Shown here piece after piece: positions 1 to 9,867 of a stretch of DNA of 64,000 nucleotides. Where the stretch lies: positions 1,054,001 to 1,118,000 of the forward strand of contig VJWM01000025.1 of the NCBI GenBank assembly GCA_010909165.1, in the 5' to 3' direction. Both the position numbers and the translations under genes were made by a program. Source of the stretch: Anthoceros angustus (Eukaryota; Plantae; Anthocerotophyta). Position 1 is the stretch's first letter. Each line of letters begins with the position of its first letter. The notes beneath the pieces were generated by a model, which saw nothing but the letters and a program-made list of their open reading frames with translations, was not told the origin of the DNA and made no database searches.

Positions 1-2330
1 CCTGTAAGTGGCCGCTGCCAAAAGATGAGCGAGGGCAAGGGCAATCATCACGTTGCTCCTTTCACGTTTGCTCTTAGCGAGCCTCGGCCTTGGTACGCGC
101 CCTCATTAATTGTATTGTGGTCCCAGCCCCCTTAATTGTGCATGATTATCCTGCGGGCTTCCTTAAAGCCCTGCACATGTCTGCCAACAAACACCAACAC
201 TTGGGTGTATGCAGATGGCATAGGACCCTTGCAATGTAATGTTCGCTGTTGTAACTTCCTTTTCCCAGAATCCAATTGGGGACTTGTTCTTGATTTGTTA
301 ATCGTTCTTGCAGGTAAGCCGATGACTCATTCACTTGGCTCACACTAATGACAGAGAATTAAAATGAGTGAATCAAAGTGCCTTGAGTGGCGAGTGGTGG
401 AGGGGGGTGATAACCGAGGACGAGGCTTTAATGAGCACGCAACGGCATTTAGTGCCTGCAGGCTAAATATAAAGGGGAAGCAATCAGCGGTCCCGCTAAT
501 CCTGCTGATATTGTGCAGCCCGAGCCAGCCCGAATCGGGACGCGGCCCAGTTTGGGCCGCGTTTCCGCCCACCTCCGCTCAGGTAACTGTCACACCATCA
601 ATTCGAGCTCCCTGGAAGCGCTTTCACTTCGCGCCTTGCTTTGAGCTTTCCGTGCTGCATTTTTCCCAATCCTCCAAGCTTGTTCTAACAGCACCGCGCC
701 TCCGGCTTGTGCAGACGAGAACATGCGCGCAGCATAACTCAACTCGCATCTGGTGCATTACTCGGACAGAAGCGAGTTGCGGCGCATCTGCGTGGTGTGC
801 AGCAAGCGGCAACACTTCTGTCCGTCCTGCAACAGCTTCATGTGCCTCGGCCCCTGCTTTGTCAAGCATCACTCCGGCTGAGCTCAGCTTTCAGACTGTC
901 AGAGGCCATCCGATTCTGTCCTCTTCCTCCTCCTCCTCCTCCTCCTCCTCCTCCTGGCACTGCCTGATCAGCGAGGCTAGGTACTGGTAGTAATCTTGCC
1001 CCGAGCATCGGTGCATAGCAATTTTGGTTCGCATTCAATTTCTATCCAATCTTCTGGAGGACGAGCATCCAGGGTAGGATTCGAAATGTAACAAGTTACC
1101 ATACCTTAGAGCCACCATTCCAGCCTCGTGCAGGCGCAGGCCTCCTGGCCTTCAATCCGTCGGTGCAGGACAGCACAAATCATCCTGTTCAGCAACTGGT
1201 GCCAGTGCTGGAAATGGTGCGTCCTCATCCACAACCTTGTACATTCCTCCACACCTAATACTTCTACATCAAGCAATTCAACACTTTCTTTGCTCCAGGT
1301 CATCAGATTTCCATTTCGTCATTGTGAACTTGTGCTCCTTTCTTTCACGATTCTGTTCTCTTGGCAATGCCTTCCTCTGCAGAAAGCTATACCAGCTTAT
1401 CTCCAAGTCGCAAACTGGCATTGGTTACTTTTTTGCTCAGGATTCAAGGACAGTGTGGCTCACGACACTCGCATTCACAGCTACTCGCTGTGTCCACACA
1501 AATCACGAGCTTCCCTTGTCATCATCAGACACATGTTGGCACTACCTCTTATCTACAATATACCCTCGTCTATACGAGTCTATCTATTCTAGCAGCTGTT
1601 GTAACACCATGCAAAATATGCAAAACCAAAAATGGAAAAGCATGCATTGGGTGCTATGAAGCTAGGTGTCCAATCGGGCAGCAGCCGGCATTGATGAAGA
1701 AGCGAATATTATCGGTGGCTAAATTTATAATAAGCAGGGTTGATGAGCTTGTGGGATGGCAGCCTGTAAGTGGCCGCTGCCAAAAGATGAGCGAGGCAAG
1801 GGCAATCATCACGTTGCTCCTTTCACGTTGCTCTTAGCGAGCCTCGGCCTTGGTACGCGCCCTCATTGTGTATTGTGGTCCCAGCCCCCTTAATTGTGCA
1901 TGATTATCCTGCGGGCTTCCTTAAAGCCCTGCACATGTCTGCCAACAAACACCAACACTTGGGTGTATGCAGATGGCATAGGACCCTTGCAATGTAATGT
2001 TCGCTGTTGTAACTTCCTTTTCCCAGAATCCAATTGGGGACTTGTTCTTGATTTGTTAATCGTTCTTGCAGGTAAGCCGATGACTCATTCACTTGGCTCA
2101 CACTAATGACAGAGAATTAAAATGAGTGAATCAAAGTGCCTTGAGTGGCGAGTGGTGGAGGGGGGTGATAACCGAGGACGAGGCTTTAATGAGCACGCAA
2201 CGGCATTTAGTGCAGGCTAAATATAAAGGGGAAGCAATCAGCGGTCCCGCTAATCCTGCTGATATTGTGCAGCCCGAGCCAGCCCGAATCGGGACGCGGC
2301 CCAGTTTGGGCCGCGTTTCCGCCCACCTCC
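1..2330. repeat. Direct duplication, period ~1762 bp: 1-576 is repeated at 1763-2330 (first copy truncated by the window edge)
   Basis: cctgtaagtggccgctgccaaaagatgagcgag occurs at 1 and 1763. The ORF track shows identical peptides at 136/1894 and 146/1904. The copies diverge after cccacctcc (576 vs 2330) and otherwise differ mainly by small indels. Confidence 0.95.
364..881 (+). pseudogene. piggyBac-type C-terminal Cys-rich zinc-finger exon, copy 1 (exon 715-881, putative upstream exon 364-582), with a 1-bp and a 3-bp deletion
   Basis: After the acceptor gtgcag| at 714, the exon reads TRTCAQHN-(-1)-NSHLVHYSDRSELRRICVVCSKRQHF-CPSCNSFMCLGPCFVKHHSG*. The donor cag|gtaact at 583 gives a 132-nt phase-0 intron. 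The exon is 167 nt versus 171 nt in copy 2. Confidence 0.7.
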
Positions 2331-3597
2331 ATCTGTCGTATGCGTGGGAATGGCAAGCAATGATGCAGCAATCCAGGGAGCGGGGTCACATGCGCAGCGG
2401 TGGCCGCGGCCCACAGTTGGCCGCGCCTGGACGTAACCAGTTTCCCTTCCACGGACTGCCGCTCGCTCGCTCGATCATTCATTCAAGGTAAGGTGGATTG
2501 TATACAGCCCAGCGTGTACCCGACTCACATTCGCCCTGCCCCCTTTGTCCACATCAATTCCCGCACCACATGTTTCCGCCGCGCGCTCCCGCCTCCGCTT
2601 TTCGCACTATTGCACACTGGACACTGCACTTGCCTAATAACCAGGCCTGCCGCCTGCTATGCCACACACCTTCTCTCGCTAGTACCAGCTAGCTAGTAAC
2701 CACCGCTAAAACAACGTCACTTTCCACATCACCCAACACCAACACCCAACACCCAACACCCAACAATCTACCCGATAAAATCATAACACCAACTTAATAT
2801 AGAACCGAACCCTTAACGGTTATGTAAATCTTTCATGATCGTTAAGGATGTTGATGTTTTATCCCAAATATATATTATTTTTTAAATATCAATCATTATT
2901 CAATATAATAATATAAATATTAAATAAATAAATAGAAGTAAATTAAATTTTTAGTTTACTGAACTTAAGACTAATTTTATAATTGAAGATCGACCATGTT
3001 AAGGTCGTTCATCACAATTAGAAACCTGAAGAAAGGGGAGCAGAGATTTCCAATTTTGTAAGAGATAAGTCCTCCATCTTCAAAATCTTAAAAATTATCC
3101 AAGGCGAAGAAACTTAAGAACAATTTTTTTTATCACTAAGAAAATCATGAAAATTATCTTGGCTTCTAACCTGGATGTTATTGAGACCCTACCATATTTC
3201 AATGAGGATTATACATATTTTTTTAAGAAGAAATTGAAAGATTATGAAAGAGATTGTTAGTCCCGCATTTCAACCAAGTGCGAAAACTTTCCAAGTTAAA
3301 AAATAGTATTAATTAGTACATGTGGAAAGAGATGTATATATCAAGGAAAGAAGTTAGGACTACTAGAGAGGAGGTTTTAGAACAATATTTTAATTTGAAT
3401 CATTTTAATCATCTTATGTACACATGGCTTAGTCTTGGATGTTATCATGACCTTTAATCGATGAATACACAATCAAACTTGTCACCTTTACAGTTTCAAA
3501 TATCAGCTTTAAAGAGTTGGAATCATGACGCTATGAAGAAGGGGCTAAGTCAACATGGACAAGATGTACGAATTATTGAGTAAAACCCAAACTTTTT

Positions 3598-3830
3598 TTG
3601 AACTTTTAAGTCAATACAACTAACTTTTTAATACGTGTTACTAACCTAATTATTTACTGATTTTTGAACTTTTAAATCAATACAATTAACTTTTCAATAC
3701 GTGTTACTAACATAGTTATTTACTCTACATTGGAACACGAGATGAAAGAATAGTAGAGTGAAAATCAGTAAAATATACTTTACTTGAACTTTTAAGTCAA
3801 TATAACTAACTCAATATTTGATTACTAACA
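3598..3830. repeat. Three dispersed copies of a ~48-bp AT-rich motif (ttgaacttttaagtcaatacaactaac...ttactaac)
   Basis: Copies at about 3598, 3664 and 3784, read directly from the sequence. Confidence 0.85.
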
Positions 3831-4574
3831 TTATTATCTACTTTCCATAAAAGAGAGCTCAAAAGGAAAATTGTTGAAGAGAGAAAATTTTCTTGAAACC
3901 ACATCCGAATACACGAGCCCAGGCTCAAGCATTGATGAAACCAGCAAAAGCAGTGAAGCCAAATCATATAGCTAGTAGTGGCGTTCATGAAGCTAACATC
4001 AGCCTTTCCAACATCAAACCACGAATTTGGAAAATAAAATTTGACTTCAAGACATATCCGTCCTCTCTCTCCTACTTCCGCAAACTGCGTCAAACAATAT
4101 GTAAAAGAGGGACGGCTTCGAAAATCCATCCCGGACTGTTATTATACAAAGCGAAAAGATGCATACAAGGTGATTATGTTGTCACAGCGTGTAACTCATG
4201 AAGTTAATTTGTCTAGTATGAGGAATATTTTGAAAATGGTCTAAGAAGCCACCGGGCGGGACCCATAAGCTAAGCTAATAAGTTGGAGCTATGCTGCGTC
4301 GTGCGTGAGATCCAAAGTCATAGCTACATATCTACTTCATTTGAATATAGTTTGATTTACAGATTAGAGCATGTACGCTCCACTTCATGTATGTCATTGA
4401 TCCGCCATGGACCACTCTAAGTATAACAAGTCTCTCTCTCCCTTATGTACAGTACAGCTTATTAAAAGTGTAAGTCTGAATAATCTCATTATTTGATGAA
4501 GCAAGTACCAAGTTCAACAACAGGACCAAGACCCCTACGTAGGTCATTGCTTACTAGTTGTGTCTATGCTCACT

Positions 4575-4685
4575 ACCTCCCGCAACATGGGCCATTATGG
4601 TTTTGTGGAAGTTGATGAAGCCGACGTCAAGTTTTTGAACACCAAACATCAGAGATTGGAAAATAGAACTGTAGAAGTAAACCCT
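4575..4685 (+). pseudogene. Fragment resembling the C-terminal half of an RRM (RNP1 to last beta strand)
   Basis: SRNMGHYGFVEVDEADVKFLNTKHQRLENRTVEV resembles the hnRNP-A/Musashi pattern RGFGFV.F......V......H.L.G..VEV. No RNP2 half or complete gene is seen. Confidence 0.4.
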
Positions 4686-5058
4686 GTAAATCTCATACAT
4701 GCAATTCTTTGGCAAAAAAAAAAAATTAATAATATTTTCTTTAATACCACAATCTTTTCATTGTTTTGCAGGCTTGCTGTGACAATGAGACCATAGTCAG
4801 TCTTTCCAATACCAAATATTATAGATTCGAAAACACAAAGAAGAAAGCTAACGATTTCACCGATGAGTCTTTTCGGCAAATTGAAAGAAGCAATCCTAAC
4901 CTTGGCGAAACATGATGCAGAGAGTTCGACGGATGAGGTTTGGAACAAGAAGCATGAGAGTTTGGCTGAAGCCGTTTGGAGTAAGAAGTATGTGGCTGAG
5001 AGACGACGTTTTCTTCTCATTCTTGTCTTGTTGTTGTTGAATAAGTGAGTGAGTCCTG

Positions 5059-5213
5059 CGTTGATGAAGCCAGTGTCAACCTTTGCAATACCAAAAACTA
5101 TGGATTGAAAAATAAAAACTAGAGGAATAAGTCGGCATGTGCCACGTTGATGAAGCCAGTGTCAACCTCTGCAACACCAAAAACTATGAATTGAAAAATA
5201 AAAACTAGAGGAA
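5059..5213. repeat. Two ~70-bp direct repeats, period 86 bp
   Basis: cgttgatgaagccagtgtcaacct...aaaaataaaaactagaggaa occurs at 5059 and 5145. Confidence 0.9.
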
Positions 5214-7207
5214 GGTTAGTTCTTTCATATTTCATATTTTATTGCATCTTCGCATGTCTCATTATGCTGCTGAGGCCAGCGGGCAGAGAGTAAACCGATG
5301 AAGCTAGGGCCTCGCCGATCTAGATTCCACCATTAGCGCCAAAGCCCTATGGGGTGCGCTTAATAATTCTTCCATCGCTATGTGCATGCTGGCTTTTGGA
5401 TGATATATATTTTAACACAGTGCTCATCTGTTCAACAATGATGTTATTAGTGAGCTTATAACTTTCTGTTTTCTGGCGAATTGCTCCATTCAATTTCTCA
5501 TAGCGCTGTCGAGACATGATTGCAACGCCTCTTCCAAGAAAATACAACAAGCCTAACAAAAATAGAAAATTCTGATCAGTCGGATGATACAACAAGCCTA
5601 TGGCTTACTAAGATTTTACTAACCTAAAGAAAGATTTTGGTGTAATACATGCCAATGCAGACATCGTAAGTATCCAAAGGCCCCTTCGCTTTGGATTTTT
5701 CACACCCTCTTACCAAAAGAGTGTGTATGATTGTGCTACAAGTTTTGCCTAGATTTAGAGAGTAGAGTCAGTCGACTTTGCCCAATCTACGAAGTCGAGC
5801 TTAGTTGCTCCCTCGCACAGATTGAAAACATACAACTTTTTGAACTTGTGGGCGTGGATTATGAAATCTCCATCTCACAATCATTCACTCCATGTGCACA
5901 TATGGAATGTGGGAAGTTGAAGGATGTGAGTTTAGCAAGCCTTGTTGAAAGTGATTTGTTGGGAGGAAGTATATGCATCCAAGGTTCGTTGGAGTGTCTC
6001 CTACCATGGATTTGATTCGTGTGTTGGGCTGCGCTGGCTGGTGGCTGGTCGGTGCGCAGGAAGGGATGGGATGGATATCATATATGCGGAATGTGTGGAT
6101 TGCTGGATCTGCGGTTGAGCAGGCCAGTGGCCAGTGCGCAATGCCTCCAATTCCAATCCGGTAAAATGTTTGGAAGCATTGAATGGCAAGGTTTCCGGCG
6201 CCGCCGGCCGAGGCTTGCCGGCTGGCCTGGCCTGGCCTGGCCTGGGCAGCCTGGGCTTTGCTGGGCCCCCGCCGCCTCGGCAGAGCCAAAGACGGCGCGG
6301 GTGGGCCCTCCTGGTTCCGTTAGCTGCAATCGGGGCGGCTCTTTGTCTTTGCGGGAAATGGACCCAGCCACGCGGCGCTCGCCCCGAGATCTGTCTCGGT
6401 TGACCTCACTATTCCACATGCATCCGCATTAACATGGCATGCATACTACGCATACATGCACATCCCCATTCCACATGTCCTTCTACGACAGGAAGCCTCC
6501 AGGAAGGTAAATAATAATATTATATTGGCCCATTTAAGCAGAGCGCAGCAGTTGAGATGCCCGTACCTCGTCTCACGGGCCAACGGTATTCGTACGTGGT
6601 TGCCTTGCCCGCCGTTCCGTCAAAGGCACTCGGTCGTGAAGGCCCGCTTCGGGCCGCCAGGCCTGCCCTGCCCTGCCCTGCCCTGCGCCTGTCCCCCTGC
6701 GGGAACACGCCGTTCCGTTTGCCTGCTGGAAAACGGCCGTACGTGCTGCTTCACGACTGGCGGGTGAAGCGCCTGGGCCTGTCATGGTACATTGTAGAGG
6801 GCGGGACTGCATTTCAATACGCGGCGGCTCATTTAAGAGGAACTGGGCTCTCGGCGGGTCGCGCGGGGCGTTGGAACTCGCTACGGCCTCCAACATCTTA
6901 TTTACGCTCGCTCGCTGCCTTCACGCTCCGTGGCCGCCCTCGCCAGTCTGTGCTGCGTTTTCTTCTGTCTCTCTCGGAGACGCTCTCGGCGCGGTCTGGC
7001 CTGCGCCTGTTCCTCACATGCTTCACGCTGCGCCTCCGAGGCCTCATTCCTGACGCCCGCTCCCCGCGCGACGCCGCCGCGGTGTCGGAATTGGCGCCGC
7101 TCTTTGCGCTCGCTCGCTCGCTCGCTCTGCCCGAGCTGAGGCTCTCGGAAGCTCTGCTCGAGCTGAAGCTCTGAAGCTGCTGCCTGCTGCCGCCAGAGTC
7201 TCGGAGG

Positions 7208-7586
7208 ATGAAGAAGCTGGCCAGAGCCAAAGCCAAGGACAGGCAAGCCACCAGCTCCGCCACGGGCAGCATTCAGGACCACGACTCGCACGATGACGAC
7301 TCCTCCACGCACGAATCCGCTCCGGTGATGCCTCAGCCTTCTCCTTCGTTTCTTCCTGCGCTGTGCTCTTCTGCTCTGCTCTCTTCTCACAATTCTGGCT
7401 CCGGTTTCCCCGCAGATGAGGACGTGCGGCCCGCACAATGTGAACCCGCATTTGGTGCACTACTCCGACAGAAGCGAGCTGAGGCGGATTTGCGTGGTGT
7501 GCAGCAAGAGGCAGCATTTCTACTGCCCTTCGTGCAACAGCTTTATGTGCCTCGGGCCTTGCTTCGTCAAGCACCACTCCTCCTGA
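7208..7586 (+). CDS. Two-exon ~95-aa microprotein ending in a piggyBac-type Cys-rich zinc-binding domain (join 7208-7324, 7416-7586)
   Basis: Exon 1 is MKKLARAKAKDRQATSSATGSIQDHDSHDDDSSTHESAP. A 91-nt GT..pyrimidine-rich..CAG phase-0 intron follows. Exon 2 is MRTCGPHNVNPHLVHYSDRSELRRICVVCSKRQHFYCPSCNSFMCLGPCFVKHHSS*, with pattern C-x2-C-x7-C-x2-C-x4-C-x3-C-F-x2-HH. Purely synonymous divergence from copy 1 supports coding status. The start codon and any further upstream exons are uncertain. Confidence 0.75.
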
Positions 7587-9867
7587 CCAGGCGTCAGCTG
7601 GCGCTACCAGTTTTGGTGTTTCCGGCACTGGAGAGGGAATCCCCGTGATCCAGACCCCGCGTACTCGGTGATTTTCGCACAGACGGAGAAGAGAGAGCAA
7701 GTGTTTTCAACTTTTGTCGCGCAATCTTGGTGCTGTCCCTGCTGCGCCTTTCAGTTCTGCTTAGCTCCGGTGAAGGCGCGGGGATACGGGTTGAGGTCAA
7801 CATTTTTTTGTAACGGATGTAGCTTAGGAGGCTTACGCCATTTCGAAGAGAAGTAGAGACAGATAGCAAGTACACCGAGTCGAGAGCTTCAGACATGCCT
7901 GCAGGAGGATCTTCTACATCATACTTCCGGGATTGCTCTTAGGATACATGTACATACTTCGAACTTGGAGCTTCGTGACAGCAGCAATAAACAAGGCCTT
8001 GAAGCCGCGGGATTGTCATTGATTTGCTTTCGAACGCATCTCACTTTCTGTTCCTCGGGACTTCGTTCTTGCCTGCCTTCTTGTTCCTTCGGATGATTAC
8101 GGTCTTAGCCTCCGGTTACCACAGTCTTGGTTTCTGATGTCACACGCTCAATTGAGCCAGCAGTGTTGGATCTCGCAACTGTGGCCACATTCTTTGGATG
8201 AGGATCTTTTTTACCTCACATGACTAAGTGGGACGCACTACTTCATCGACTCGGAGGACAGTCAGCACGACAATTATAGCATGATTTCGTTGTGCGTTGG
8301 AGCTCTCTATCTTCACGCCCTTGTGTGGATTCGCAGCAACGGCACAGGAGATGCAGTCACTCTTGGACAGGCTGCTGTTCCTCGCCTTGTCTGCCTTTCA
8401 TCATCAGCTGCAGCCTGCCTGTCTTGCTCTTTGCTGCTGAGTTTGCCATGGAGGAAGTGTAGCAGTACCGCAGCACGCGGGTAAGCAGCAAGATAAGACA
8501 GCAGACATGATTCCCCTGAATCGCTGCTTCCACCCGATGTCGACAGCCGGAAGCCGGATTTGATGCAGCAAGGCAGGCTTCATTCAGCCTCGGATGCTTG
8601 CCTGGTACGGAGCAGGAACACGTAATGATGGCGACGACGCGGAACGCTCCAGCCAGCGCCGCCTTCTGTCGGGATGACGGAGATGGAGAAGACAAGACTC
8701 AAGTTCCCCGTGAGCGCAAACAGGTCTTGCCGGATACGTTTGGACTCTTGTGCTTCAACAACACCACCTCTGATTTCCTTTTTCCATGCATCACCTGTGT
8801 GATTGGTGTGCTGCCAGATCCTTGCTGCGCCGGAAGCCCTTGGAAGCGCAGCGCATGCATTCATCACGTCTTTCCGCCTTTTTGTCGGTTGTCCTTTCAC
8901 CACACTCCTCTACAGGTGTATGCCAGATCTATGCCGGTGCACTGCAGGCTGTAATCGCAGCCTCCGGCTCCGAACTTCACCATGTTGCGGCTCCGCACTG
9001 GGTCTCCCATTCCGGCTGGGGATTGCATGGTCTTGATTATGTAGCTGTGTTTTCCAAGTTCCTCCCTCAACCCTCAACAAATCAGGGTCTCGTTTAACAC
9101 TGGGGTTTGGATACTCTCTACAGTCCAAACTACGCACTCCGCGGGGAGAAGTCATTGGTCGGAAGCTGTGGAACTTGGTGTGTTGCAAGTCTTGTGTGTT
9201 CTCTTTTTATTTGCGTCTTTCCATGTGTCATGAATTGCGGATGGCGTGGGTACCACGGTTGGAAGCAACCCCTTGTTTGTCATTGTTGCTTATAGTATGG
9301 TTGTCTATCCCTAAACCAGGTTTGCCTAAGTAAGCGTGTGACTAGTGGCCAATCCTCCGTTTGACGTGTGTGGTTGTCAGAGGATCCTGTCTCATGTGCC
9401 CTCTGCTCATTGTTCGAAGATGCAAATACTGGTGAGCCCCGCACTCCGGTAATATTTCAACCTCACAGCAAAAGGTAGGCACCTTGCCTTGGGTTGCAAC
9501 TTGCAACAGCAACTTGAACAGGACAATGCGGCGCTTGGCGCAAAAGCAGCTGCACACTCTTCGGTCCTTATCTAAAATTCTACCTTGGGTTTATGAAAGC
9601 TCTTTCACCACTTAATACTGGGCCAGTGCTGGGCAACGAGGAATCCTAGCGCTCTGAAAGTATGAAGTCTAGACATTTAAGCACTTACACCAAGTTTTTG
9701 CCACGTTGGATTGTCTTACAGGATATGGCCACCTCATTGGGAGAGCGTGCAACCCCCTCAGGTTAGAGCCTTGTGTAAGCACAAACTGGTGAACTAGTGG
9801 CAGGATCACAAATTCCAATCCCTTGTCTGCCAGCTTCTGTGAATGCTCGCTCCCCGGCAGCTTGTAG

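Noticed and set aside
921-954. (TCC)n tract giving poly-Ser or poly-Pro in ORFs 364 and 707
   Set aside because: It is a simple microsatellite downstream of the real stop at 881, so the long ORFs through it are read-through artefacts.
5347-5595. FLLGLLYFLG...MSRQRYEKL as a piggyBac transposase core (MSR.RF motif)
   Set aside because: The intervening YW segment and all catalytic Asp motifs are missing, and it is on the opposite strand from the zinc-finger exons. It could be chance.
5640-6010. Minus-strand frames with faint Harbinger (EGAFGYL) or KDZ-like (CAHG, HAHK) words
   Set aside because: The motifs are short, in different frames and interrupted by stops, so they cannot be supported without a profile search.
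6557-7174. 205-aa ORF as an upstream transposase part of the zinc-finger gene
   Set aside because: It is GC-rich and low-complexity, is separated from 7208 by an in-frame TGA, and has only a weak ELRLSEALL resemblance.
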